DNA of 49,367 nucleotides from an uncultured Hyphomicrobiales bacterium (GTDB taxonomy: Bacteria > Bacteroidota > Ignavibacteria > Kapaibacteriales > Kapaibacteriaceae): the NCBI GenBank assembly GCA_964525565.1, contig CAZGHI010000007.1:2904-52270 (forward strand), read 5' to 3'. Under the pieces are notes generated by a model. That model worked only from the letters and a program-made list of their open reading frames with translations. It did not search any database and was not told where the DNA came from. Positions 18,207-27,711 of the stretch are shown here, in pieces (the first letter of the stretch is position 1; every line of letters begins with the position of its first letter). The position numbers were made by a program, and so were the translations under genes.

Positions 18207-19505
18207 ATGATAACCGATCGGCAGGTGCTGCGATTCTGGATTCCGCTGAGCAGCACGTGGCTAATGATGGCTGCGGAAGGACCGGTGTTGGCGGCAGTTG
18301 TGGCTCGGTTAGACGAAAAGGTGCTAAACCTGGCCGCTTATGGTATTGCCAGCGCAGTGGCCATGCTCATCGAATCGCCGGTGATAGGATTGCTTAGTGC
18401 AGTTGTTGCCCTTGTTCGCGACAAGGAGTCGGCAAAACGCATGTTTCGATTCATGGTGCAGTTGAATCTGCTTGTAACGGCAGTAATGGTTATTGCTGTG
18501 ATTCCACCTGTTTTCGATGTTGTTGCGCACGATGTGATTCAGCTACCGGCAAATGTTGCATGGAGGGTATATGTGGGTTTGGTGTGCATGATACCGTGGC
18601 CTGCTGCCATTGGTGTTCGCAGGTATTATCAGGGACTTCTCATACGCGCCGGCCGAACCAGAAGCGTAGCATTGGGTACCGTAATTCGTCTTGTGAGTAT
18701 GGCAACGTCTGCCTTTGCACTGGCGGCAATAGGTGTAGAGGGGGTTATCGTTGGTTGTGTTGGCCTCACGATTGGTGTTGTAAACGAAGCCGTTGCTATC
18801 TGGTGGCTAACAACGCGCGTTACCACCCCCGATGAACTCACGTTGGCCTCTACGGTGGAGCCCCTTACATCGAATCGAATTCGCAGGTTTTACACACCGC
18901 TGGCGCTTACGTCGATGGTGAATTTCTTTGCCACACCATTGTTAAGCTTCCTGGTAATTCGTTTGCCTGATTCCGTTGCCTCACTTGCAGTGATACCTGT
19001 TATCAGCGCACTCTTGTTTGTGTTTCGCAGCTTTGGCTTCTCGTACCAAGAGGTTGGCATTGCATTGTTGGGTCCGTCTGAGCAGTCATATCGCGCCGTC
19101 CGGCGCGTAGCGCAACGTATTGTTCTTGGAACAACGATAGCAATGGGAATTATCGTGGGCACTCCTCTGCTTGAGATTGTGTATCGTACAGTCTTCGAGT
19201 TGCAGGATCAGCTAGTACAGCTCGCCACAGCTCCCACCCGAGTTTTAATGGTAGTACCTCTTACCGCTGCTTTATATTCACTGCAGCGCGCCGTCATGAT
19301 TGTTGCACATCGTACCATTCATGTAACGGCAAGCATGCTAATCGAAGTCGGAACGATGGCTTTAGTAATGGTAGTGTTCATCTGGAATGGCACGCTAAAT
19401 GGAGCTTTGGCTTCAGGAATCGCAATTGCAGTTGGCAGTGTATTCTCGTTTGCGTATGCAGGGTTGATTTCGCGCTCCATTCTGCGTCAGTGGCCAGACC
19501 CCTGA
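18207..19505 (+). CDS. polytopic membrane protein, MOP/MATE-flippase-like
   Basis: About 432 aa with about 12 TM helices in two halves, a conserved-looking RRYYQGLLIR loop, and no soluble domains. The family assignment is tentative. ATG at 18207 is preceded by GAGGA (18192-18196); the ORF is open from TTG at 18201. Confidence 0.65.
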   Translation: MITDRQVLRFWIPLSSTWLMMAAEGPVLAAVVARLDEKVLNLAAYGIASAVAMLIESPVIGLLSAVVALVRDKESAKRMFRFMVQLNLLVTAVMVIAVIPPVFDVVAHDVIQLPANVAWRVYVGLVCMIPWPAAIGVRRYYQGLLIRAGRTRSVALGTVIRLVSMATSAFALAAIGVEGVIVGCVGLTIGVVNEAVAIWWLTTRVTTPDELTLASTVEPLTSNRIRRFYTPLALTSMVNFFATPLLSFLVIRLPDSVASLAVIPVISALLFVFRSFGFSYQEVGIALLGPSEQSYRAVRRVAQRIVLGTTIAMGIIVGTPLLEIVYRTVFELQDQLVQLATAPTRVLMVVPLTAALYSLQRAVMIVAHRTIHVTASMLIEVGTMALVMVVFIWNGTLNGALASGIAIAVGSVFSFAYAGLISRSILRQWPDP

Positions 19506-19523
19506 CACCTATCTTTGTGGTAC

Positions 19524-21299
19524 ATGAAAACGCTACTTGAGGTTCAAAACCTTACAACGCAGTTTACCTCCGACAACGCACTCATAACAGCGGTGAACAA
19601 CGTTAGCTTCACCGTTAGCAAAGGGCGTACGCTGGGCATTGTTGGCGAGTCTGGTTCCGGGAAGTCTGTAACCAGCTTGAGTGTGATGCGGCTGATTCAA
19701 ACGCCGCCGGGGCGTATCAGCGCGGGGAAGGCACTCTTTCACGAAGCCGATGGGTCCGTTACCGATTTGCTAGCGCTGCCTGAAGACAAGATGAGGCAGT
19801 ACCGCGGGAATCGGATTGCTATGATCTTTCAGGAGCCAATGACATCGCTCAACCCGGTGTTTACCTGCGGCGATCAAATTGTTGAAGCCATTCGACTTCA
19901 CAAAAAAGTGGATAAAGCAACAGCTTATCAGCAAGCGTTGGAATTGCTGCACGAGGTGCAGTTGCCGCGATCGGAACACATGATGCGATCGTATCCGCAC
20001 CAGCTATCCGGAGGGCAAAAACAGCGGGTGATGATTGCCATGGCCATGTGCTGCAATCCCGATTTGCTAATCGCCGACGAGCCAACAACAGCTCTCGATG
20101 TAACGGTGCAGGCTACCATTCTGGATTTGATGAGGCGTTTGCAGCGATCGCACAACATGAGTATGATGTTTATCACGCATGACCTCGGCGTGATTGCAGA
20201 GATTGCAGACGATGTGATTGTGATGTATAAGGGCCGGATTGTGGAGTATGGCAGTGTCGAGAACATCTTTGCAAGTCCACAGCATCCTTACACAAAAGGA
20301 TTATTGGCATGCAGACCACGCTTAGATACGAAGCTGAAAGTGTTCATGGATGAAGACGAACACGGAATCATCACCGAGCGTATGCATGACAACCCTGATG
20401 CTGTTATTCACCGTCTTGCATTTTCTGATGGAGAAATTGCAGAACGCAATGCCACATTCGAGTCGGCACCCAAGGTATTAGATGTAGATAACCTGCAGGT
20501 ACACTTTCCGATACGCTCTGGTCTATTTGGCAGAACACAGGGTGTGGTGAGGGCAGTTGATGGTGTGTCGTTTTATGTACGCCCGGGCGAAACTCTCGGG
20601 TTGGTGGGCGAAAGCGGCTGTGGCAAAACAACAACGGGTCGTGCCATACTTCGTCTGGTAGAGCCAACAGGCGGTACGGTTGTCTTTGAAGGAAAGAATG
20701 TTCAAACGCTGAATCAATCAGAGCTGAAGGTGCTCCGTCGGGACTTCCAAATCATTTTTCAGGATCCATACTCATCGCTAAACCCTAGGTTAAGCGTAGG
20801 AAGTGCACTTACGGAGGTTCTCAAGGTACATGGTCTTGGCGAGAACGATGCAGACAGGCGGGAACAAGTGCTATATCTGTTGGACAAGGTAAACCTGCTT
20901 CCACGGCATTATAACAACTACCCACACGAATTCTCTGGTGGACAGCGACAACGTATATGCATTGCGCGTGCATTGGCTTTGAAACCGAAGTTGCTGATTT
21001 GCGATGAAAGTGTGAGTGCTCTGGATGTTTCCGTTCAGGCACAGGTACTAAACCTTCTTGTTTCGTTGCGTGAAGAGTTTAAGCTTACCTACATTTTCAT
21101 CTCGCACGATTTGAGTGTTGTTAAGTTCATCAGCGATCGGATTGCAGTGATGAATGCCGGTAGGATTGTGGAAATGGGAACTGCTCAGGACGTGTATGCC
21201 AACCCTGCCAACAGCTATACACGTGGACTGATTGAGGCAATTCCACGGGGTACACTTGACGAGATCCGACGTCGGCAAGCTGAACGAAACGCCGCATAA
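19524..21299 (+). CDS. duplicated (two-cassette) ABC ATPase of the oligopeptide/YejF-GsiA type
   Basis: Two complete cassettes. The first has GESGSGKS...LSGGQKQR...LIADEP. The second has GESGCGKT...FSGGQRQR...LICDES. Each is followed by the oligopeptide-type C-terminal motif ([10 protein letters not shown] / [10 protein letters not shown]). Confidence 0.9.
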   Translation: MKTLLEVQNLTTQFTSDNALITAVNNVSFTVSKGRTLGIVGESGSGKSVTSLSVMRLIQTPPGRISAGKALFHEADGSVTDLLALPEDKMRQYRGNRIAMIFQEPMTSLNPVFTCGDQIVEAIRLHKKVDKATAYQQALELLHEVQLPRSEHMMRSYPHQLSGGQKQRVMIAMAMCCNPDLLIADEPTTALDVTVQATILDLMRRLQRSHNMSMMFITHDLGVIAEIADDVIVMYKGRIVEYGSVENIFASPQHPYTKGLLACRPRLDTKLKVFMDEDEHGIITERMHDNPDAVIHRLAFSDGEIAERNATFESAPKVLDVDNLQVHFPIRSGLFGRTQGVVRAVDGVSFYVRPGETLGLVGESGCGKTTTGRAILRLVEPTGGTVVFEGKNVQTLNQSELKVLRRDFQIIFQDPYSSLNPRLSVGSALTEVLKVHGLGENDADRREQVLYLLDKVNLLPRHYNNYPHEFSGGQRQRICIARALALKPKLLICDESVSALDVSVQAQVLNLLVSLREEFKLTYIFISHDLSVVKFISDRIAVMNAGRIVEMGTAQDVYANPANSYTRGLIEAIPRGTLDEIRRRQAERNAA

Positions 21300-21301
21300 C
21301 C

Positions 21302-22087
21302 ATGATTACCATTCGCAGTCTTAAGAAGTCGTTTGGTTCGCGTTCAGTTTTGAAGGACGTCTCGTTAGAAGTTCAATCCGGCAGCACAACATGCATTATC
21401 GGAAGGTCTGGGTGCGGTAAAAGTGTTCTGCTCAAGCACATCGTTGGTCTTCTGCGTGCCGATGCCGGAGAAGTTGAGATAGATGGAAAACAAGTCCAGA
21501 ACCTCGATAAGAAGAATCTCATGGAGCTGCGCAGCAAAATCGGTTATGTTTTTCAGGGTGCAGCACTGTTTGACTCGCTTACTGTAGTGGACAATGTTGT
21601 AATTGGAATGATAGAACGTGGCGAGCGTAACTCGTCGGTATTAAACAACGAGGCGTGCAGAGTGCTAAGTGCCGTTGGGCTGTTACCACCGTTGCATGAG
21701 CGCGGAACAAGTACCTACGAAAGAGAATATGCATCGCTAAGCAGCAAGAAACCTTCCGATCTTTCCGGAGGAATGCGCAAACGTGTTGGTGTTGCACGCG
21801 CATTAGTGGGAAAGCCAGACTACATTTTGTACGACGAACCCACCACCGGTCTGGATCCGGTAACATCACAACAGATAGACGACCTTATTGGCCAACTAGC
21901 AAGAGAGCTACAGGTAACATCCGTTGTTATTACACACGACATGTTCAGCGTATTTAATGTTGCCAACAGAGTGGCCATGATACACGATGGGGTTGTTTGG
22001 TTCGAAGGAACGGTGAGTGAGTTGCGGGCATGTAACGATGCCGAAGTACAGGATTTTCTCAGCCGGTACGTTGCTGAAGGTTTTTAA
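21302..22087 (+). CDS. ABC ATPase, MlaF-like
   Basis: 261 aa. GRSGCGKSV, LSGGMRKRVGVARAL, ILYDEPTTGLDP. There is an insertion (LPPLHERGTSTYEREYASLSS) before the signature motif. It starts 2 nt after the previous stop. Confidence 0.82.
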   Translation: MITIRSLKKSFGSRSVLKDVSLEVQSGSTTCIIGRSGCGKSVLLKHIVGLLRADAGEVEIDGKQVQNLDKKNLMELRSKIGYVFQGAALFDSLTVVDNVVIGMIERGERNSSVLNNEACRVLSAVGLLPPLHERGTSTYEREYASLSSKKPSDLSGGMRKRVGVARALVGKPDYILYDEPTTGLDPVTSQQIDDLIGQLARELQVTSVVITHDMFSVFNVANRVAMIHDGVVWFEGTVSELRACNDAEVQDFLSRYVAEGF

Positions 22088-22130
22088 TAGTGTAACGAAT
22101 ACCGAACCTGTTCGTCTTTGCTCGCTCTCT

Positions 22131-25100
22131 ATGCACACAGTTATACGCACATCGCTCTTTGTAATCGCTGTTGCGATTTTTGTTCTGCTACCGTCAGTTC
22201 CTCTGAAGGCTCAGTTTAGTCTTGCTCCTATTGCCTACCCCACTGGTTTGGCCTTAGATGTTGCAGGGTTTCCAACGTTAAAAGCCCAGGTTCGTGCCAC
22301 ATATAAGGGACAGCCTGTGGTACTTGGGGCAAATACCACGTTAATTGTTGAAACGAACGTAGCGACTCCGGCAGCATCCGTAACGCATACCGGCAATGGT
22401 GTTCACATTATCGAGTGGACGGCACTGAGGTTTGATGCTGTGAATGTGCGGATTATGTCCAGCTATGAGGGTGAAACGTCGGTAGTCACCTTAACATCAG
22501 CACTGGACAGACTTAAAGGAGCTACTGTTGTTGTACGTGACAGTACAAGTCGTAACCTACCGCGCTTCGTGGATTTTGGCCGCGTTCCTGCAGGTCACTC
22601 CGATACAATGAAGCTCAAGATTGTTGCAACCGAAGCAGCTGTGGATACGCGAAATCCGCCGCAGGAACGGCAGATTCGTATTGAATCAATAACCACAACG
22701 AATCCTGCCTTCACCGTACTCTGGAAAGGATCGTTTAGCTCCGGACCGCTACCAACAAATGTGATCTCTCCACTTGAATACCGTGTGGACTTAGTATTTG
22801 AGCCAACCAATACCGACCCGATCAGCGATGTCCTTACGGTAACCTATGAAGGTGGTATGAAAACAACGGTAATGATTGTGGCAAACCCACCATCGTATCC
22901 GCGCCGTACCATTCTGAACCTGATTTCTCCCAATGGAGGCGAGCGTTTTGCTCCCTGCCAAGTGATTCCGATTCGTTGGACGGGTATGGTACCGGGCTTT
23001 AAGGCACACCTCGAGTACTCTTCAGATAATGGAAAGACGTGGTCCGCCATTGATAGCACTATGGACAGCACCCTTTTATGGAGGGTACCGGAGGAGTTTA
23101 CAGAGCAGGCACGCATACGGGTATATCAGAAATTCGAAGCAACAGGCTCACAATGGCTTCAGGGCCCGGTTGAGTCGTGCATTGCAACAGCATACAATGC
23201 TAATGGACGCTACCTGCTGTCCGCCTATCAAAACGGAGAAATCGTAGAGTGGGATGTTTCAACGGGACTTCAAACAGGATCCTACCTCATTCCCAATGCA
23301 CAGTCGGCACCGCCATCAGCGCTTGCCTACGTTGGGTCCAGCCGATCGTTTGTTGTTGTGCAGACGTCATCCGGTAGTGGAGGAGGAGCCATTCATCTGA
23401 TGAATAGTGGAACAGCCGCCCCAGTTGCAAGTCAGACGCTTCCACCTGATATTCAAGTACGTGGTGTTGCAACAAATCTGTCAGGGAATACGGCCTTTAT
23501 CTTACCACGATTTGGTGCCAGGATACCTCGGTACAACATTCCTGATTTAACCAGTGCTCAGCCCATTATCCTTGGATCAACAGCGGCTACAACATCAGTA
23601 AACGGTTCTCGGCTGGTTGTTGCACTGGCTAATGGGGAGATTGTGCAGTACTCCACAGAGACAGGTGCAGAGCTGGCACGATCACAAACGCACATTCCGG
23701 AGTCGCTGGGCCCGTATGCACACGTTGTTGCATCATCGTTGGATGGTAGGTTAGTGGCACTAGGCTGTGCACGCTACGATGGATCATTGAATGCGCCAAA
23801 GGAGCAACGTACATTTATGTATGACATGACGATGAACAGGATCGTGAAGATCCTGCATCGTGAAGGATCGAATCCGGTAAACTTAACCTTTAGTCCAAGC
23901 GGTGCATACCTTGGACTTGGATATGAGTTTAACCCGCAGTTTGTTGTGTACGACATGCTCACCGGAAAAGTGCTGCCTCCCACAGGATCGGCCGCTGGCC
24001 ACAGTAACCGTTTAACCTCAATTACATTTAGTCCGGACGGCTCCACGGTGATTACCAGCAGCACCGATAAGCGCGACAATCTCTTACTGCGCAGAGTTAG
24101 TGTTCCGGAGGCCGATACGTCGGATGCAGTCTTTGCAATACGACCGATTGGAATAACGGTGACCACCATTACACTAAACCCACAGTATATCGGAACCAGT
24201 GCAGATACCGTTGTCACCTCGCATGCCTGTAACACAGGTGATGTGCTAGCTGTTTTCGAGAGCGCACGACTCACGCATGGTACATGGCTTCGGTTTGCAA
24301 CGCCCATTCAGAACGATACGGTTGCACCCGGCGAATGCTTGAAGCTGCATCTTGCAACAATGGTCCGCGATACCGGCTTGTTGGTTGATACCGTGGAAGC
24401 AACTTCGTGTGGAACGACTATTCGGATTCCTATTCAAGTGTATGTTACCGACAGAAACCTTGCCCTTCTCATTCAAGCTGAAGATTTCGGAGATCTATGC
24501 GTTGGAAGTAAGCGTTTACGCCGTCTTGCCGTACTTAGAAACAACGATCCCATCAGCGTAACGATCAATGCTGTATATGTTGAAGGGGGCTTGCTTGCGC
24601 AGTTTAGAATTGCAGAAATCATTACGAATCGTACTTTGGATCCGGGCGCAACACTTGAAGTATCGGTGGAGTTTGTACCGAAACGGTATGGACTGGACAC
24701 TGGAGTAGTTACCGTACAGTATGCCGGTCAAGACGCTGTTACCCGAAAGATAATCGTGCTTGGACGAGGCAGTGGCGCCGACCTGCAAGTATCACACCCA
24801 ACATTACCGTTTATTCCGGAGATCACAGAGCGCGAGGTTACCATTCGCAATAATTCGGATAATGCGGTAAAAATTGACTCTGCTACTGTTACTGCCGGTG
24901 AACCATTCGTTATACTTACCCCATTGCCACTTTCGATACAGCCACGTGATTCAGTTACAATGCGTATAGCGTACGTCGGCGGACCGATCGGAAATCAGGC
25001 ATCCGTTTCGCTGCACTTGCAACCATGCCCTTCGCAAACCACAATTGCACTCACGGCCTATGCCGGCGAGGCTACACTTTCCGTCCCCGGACTAACAAGC

Positions 25101-25763
25101 GATCCACGGAACGACACGCTATCTATTCCCATTGTTGCTTCGGTTACAGAAGCTGTGGCCTACAATGGCATGCGGTTTCTTGAGGGTGTAGTACGTATCC
25201 ATCCCCGACTCTATCTGGCGAAGGAGATTGTTAGTACATTGGGTAAAGCAGAAATACTCTCGCAAAGTATTGTCCAAGATGTAAGAGAAATACGATTTCG
25301 GGTTGAAGGTTCCTTTACGGGAATACAGGAGGTGGCTCGATTAATCGGTTATGCAGGAATGGCTGAAACCGATGAAACTGATATTGTGTTCGATACAGCG
25401 GCATCAGGTTTTGGTTCATCGGTGGCTATGAATTATCGGTCCGGCCACCTGCGGATTGTCCATCCTGATCCAAATCGCAGGATTATCCGCACGCCATCTA
25501 CAATACAGTCGTTGGTGGTTTCCCCGAACCCGGCAACAGAACAGGTAGTGCTGCAACTGCAAGCAACGCAGTCAGGAGAGGCCCGCGTTGAATTTGTAGA
25601 TCAGTCCGGCACAGTAGTTCTCGGAACGATGTTGGTTGTTATTCCTACCAATCAACCTATTCACATTCCGTTTTCTGTTCGCGATCTCCCCACCGGAGTG
25701 TACTCCGTGCTCGTGTCTATCGACTCCCAAGTTTTTCGAGTACCCCTGGTGGTGGTGCGATAG
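22131..25763 (+). CDS. large secreted multidomain protein: Ig-like (ASH/DUF1573-type) repeats, WD40-like beta-propeller, T9SS C-terminal domain
   Basis: The start is taken at ATG 22131 (MHTVIRTSLFVIAVAIFVLLPSVPLKAQ signal). Ig-like modules: FVDFGRVPAGHSDTMKLKI; DFGDLCVGSKRLRRLAVLRNN; EREVTIRNNSDNAVKIDS. One ISPNGGERF...IRWTG...EYSSDNGKTWS module. Propeller blades: NGRYLLSAYQNGEIVEWDVSTG; LANGEIVQYSTETG; LTFSPSGAYLGLG; ITFSPDGSTVITSS. C-terminal tail: LVVSPNPATEQVVL...TGVYSVLVS...VVVR. Confidence 0.8.
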   Translation: MHTVIRTSLFVIAVAIFVLLPSVPLKAQFSLAPIAYPTGLALDVAGFPTLKAQVRATYKGQPVVLGANTTLIVETNVATPAASVTHTGNGVHIIEWTALRFDAVNVRIMSSYEGETSVVTLTSALDRLKGATVVVRDSTSRNLPRFVDFGRVPAGHSDTMKLKIVATEAAVDTRNPPQERQIRIESITTTNPAFTVLWKGSFSSGPLPTNVISPLEYRVDLVFEPTNTDPISDVLTVTYEGGMKTTVMIVANPPSYPRRTILNLISPNGGERFAPCQVIPIRWTGMVPGFKAHLEYSSDNGKTWSAIDSTMDSTLLWRVPEEFTEQARIRVYQKFEATGSQWLQGPVESCIATAYNANGRYLLSAYQNGEIVEWDVSTGLQTGSYLIPNAQSAPPSALAYVGSSRSFVVVQTSSGSGGGAIHLMNSGTAAPVASQTLPPDIQVRGVATNLSGNTAFILPRFGARIPRYNIPDLTSAQPIILGSTAATTSVNGSRLVVALANGEIVQYSTETGAELARSQTHIPESLGPYAHVVASSLDGRLVALGCARYDGSLNAPKEQRTFMYDMTMNRIVKILHREGSNPVNLTFSPSGAYLGLGYEFNPQFVVYDMLTGKVLPPTGSAAGHSNRLTSITFSPDGSTVITSSTDKRDNLLLRRVSVPEADTSDAVFAIRPIGITVTTITLNPQYIGTSADTVVTSHACNTGDVLAVFESARLTHGTWLRFATPIQNDTVAPGECLKLHLATMVRDTGLLVDTVEATSCGTTIRIPIQVYVTDRNLALLIQAEDFGDLCVGSKRLRRLAVLRNNDPISVTINAVYVEGGLLAQFRIAEIITNRTLDPGATLEVSVEFVPKRYGLDTGVVTVQYAGQDAVTRKIIVLGRGSGADLQVSHPTLPFIPEITEREVTIRNNSDNAVKIDSATVTAGEPFVILTPLPLSIQPRDSVTMRIAYVGGPIGNQASVSLHLQPCPSQTTIALTAYAGEATLSVPGLTSDPRNDTLSIPIVASVTEAVAYNGMRFLEGVVRIHPRLYLAKEIVSTLGKAEILSQSIVQDVREIRFRVEGSFTGIQEVARLIGYAGMAETDETDIVFDTAASGFGSSVAMNYRSGHLRIVHPDPNRRIIRTPSTIQSLVVSPNPATEQVVLQLQATQSGEARVEFVDQSGTVVLGTMLVVIPTNQPIHIPFSVRDLPTGVYSVLVSIDSQVFRVPLVVVR

Positions 25764-27689
25764 ATGACAAGCACGTGGTACACCTTAACATCATTATGGG
25801 TTCAGGTAACGATGTTGGTCGTGACATCGGTGGTTTCTGCCCAGGACTCTACGTTGTCACGTCCAAGCAGGTACTCAGTAACAGGTATGGTTGCAGGAGG
25901 GCTGGCGTTACACTCAACGGACTTTGTAGAACTGCCAACGTTACCAAACTGTTGTGTACCATATACCGGAGGGGCTTCGCCGGACGCTTCGATTGCGATT
26001 GGACTTGACTATGTTAGTGGGCTATCGCTCTTTAATCGGGATGTGCACGTTGGTGTACATGCCGGCATGCGATTGCTGCCGGCTACACTAGTGGAGCAAG
26101 AACATGTGGGAAATATCATTAGTGGCAGCACGGTAACCGACGGAACAGTTGAGCATGAGCTGAGCTTGCGATACACAGCAATAGTCATTGAACCGTACCT
26201 TACGCTGCCAATGCCCGTGAAGGATTTTTCGCTTGGTATCGGTATTCCGATTGGTATTCCGCTCTCCGCACATCTGGATCAGCAACAGAATCTTCTCACA
26301 CCGTCGGATCCGCAATACACGTTTGAGAATGGGGAACGAGCCCGAGCGAAGATGTCGAGTTCTCTTCCGAATGCTGCAGTCCCGCAGTTAAATCTGCAAC
26401 TGCGTATCCGATATACGGTTGGGCTTTTTGATAACGTTTCCATAAGCCCCTTTATAGCATATCAACATGCACTTAACAGCATTACTTCGGCAGCACCGTG
26501 GTTGATAAATTCGGTAAATACTGGTGTTCAGGTTGCATACCACATCCCACTACCGTTGCCCCCCCCTATTATTGCACCACCACCACCACCACCACCGGTG
26601 CGACATGTACTTGCAAGTTCAGTTCACATCGTGCCCAAAACGCTCGGAGCAACTACTGTAAACGATACTGTTTTTGCACCTGTTTTGTACGAGCACATTA
26701 CAGACACTGTTGTTGCTGTTCTTCCGACATTGTTGTTTGAATACAACAGCACGGAGCCCATTGGTGGTGATACAGAGCGAGTTCTGTTTGCACAGGCAAT
26801 CCAGCAAAGTATGGTTGATTTCAGCGATCAACGTGAGCGCGTGATCATCCGGGGGTCGGCATCGTTCAACGAAGACCCTCGACTGGCTCGTGAACGCGTT
26901 TCAGCCTTGTTGCAACTAGTGAAGGTGGACCAAAATCTTGTAACAATCGAGCTGGTGCACCGCGACAGCACAGTTCGCCCGGAACTTGCCGAAGAAGGAA
27001 GGAGCGTAACTGTTCAGCTAGGCGAACGTCCGCGGATGTTGCGGAGATATGCCGAACGTAAAAGTGTGCAAACAAGGTCCGTCGAACTTTCCGCACTACA
27101 CACATTAACGTGCGAAAACGCACCGTGCACCACATCGGTAACCGTGCAGGGTGCACATTGTGCCGTTACGGAAACCAGTAGTCCTGTGATACCGGTTATT
27201 GTGGGCGTACCTGTTGATGATTCAACGTCAGTGTCAGAACCGCTGGAAGTTGTAGTACAGTTGACTACCCGCGATGCAGGTGGAGCTCAGACAAGTGCAG
27301 AGGCTGCAGTGGTTGTTGTACGAACAGTAGCCGAAGTACAACGAGAAACAGTTGTAATAAACCCTGATGGCACAAAACAAAGTGGCGAAGTGTTGCTTTG
27401 TTTGTTTGAATATGGTTCCGACAAGTTTTCTGTGGTTGACAATGAAGCGTTGGATGCTGTACGCACAGCTCTGCGCAGTGGGAAGAGCATCACTGTTGTT
27501 GCCGGCACTGACGACTTGGGAACACCCGAATACAATGCACAATTGCGCAGAAAGCGGGCCGATGCTGCCATCCGATTAATAGGGCCATTGGCAACAGGGT
27601 CTGCCATCGAAGCTAAGCAGCATACGGCAGGCGCTGCTCATGCCCCACTGACGCGTATTGCACAGCGTGGTGTTTGGATTCGATTTTGA
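25764..27689 (+). CDS. outer-membrane protein: N-terminal beta-barrel-like region, poly-proline hinge, two OmpA-like C-terminal domains
   Basis: The ATG directly abuts the upstream TAG (TAGATG). Signal peptide, then alternating beta-strand pattern to about aa 265, then PLPLPPPIIAPPPPPPPV. Two OmpA-like modules follow: LLFEYNSTEP...RGSASFNED...ARERVSAL, and LFEYGSDKFS...VVAGTDDLGTPEYNAQLRRKRADAA. Confidence 0.72.
   Translation: MTSTWYTLTSLWVQVTMLVVTSVVSAQDSTLSRPSRYSVTGMVAGGLALHSTDFVELPTLPNCCVPYTGGASPDASIAIGLDYVSGLSLFNRDVHVGVHAGMRLLPATLVEQEHVGNIISGSTVTDGTVEHELSLRYTAIVIEPYLTLPMPVKDFSLGIGIPIGIPLSAHLDQQQNLLTPSDPQYTFENGERARAKMSSSLPNAAVPQLNLQLRIRYTVGLFDNVSISPFIAYQHALNSITSAAPWLINSVNTGVQVAYHIPLPLPPPIIAPPPPPPPVRHVLASSVHIVPKTLGATTVNDTVFAPVLYEHITDTVVAVLPTLLFEYNSTEPIGGDTERVLFAQAIQQSMVDFSDQRERVIIRGSASFNEDPRLARERVSALLQLVKVDQNLVTIELVHRDSTVRPELAEEGRSVTVQLGERPRMLRRYAERKSVQTRSVELSALHTLTCENAPCTTSVTVQGAHCAVTETSSPVIPVIVGVPVDDSTSVSEPLEVVVQLTTRDAGGAQTSAEAAVVVVRTVAEVQRETVVINPDGTKQSGEVLLCLFEYGSDKFSVVDNEALDAVRTALRSGKSITVVAGTDDLGTPEYNAQLRRKRADAAIRLIGPLATGSAIEAKQHTAGAAHAPLTRIAQRGVWIRF
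26575..26596 (+). repeat. trinucleotide repeat (CAC/CCA)x7 encoding the poly-Pro hinge
   Basis: caccaccaccaccaccaccacc read directly; it translates as PPPPPPP inside the OmpA-like gene. Confidence 0.9.
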
Positions 27690-27711
27690 ACCGTAACGCA
27701 AGGGCATCGTT

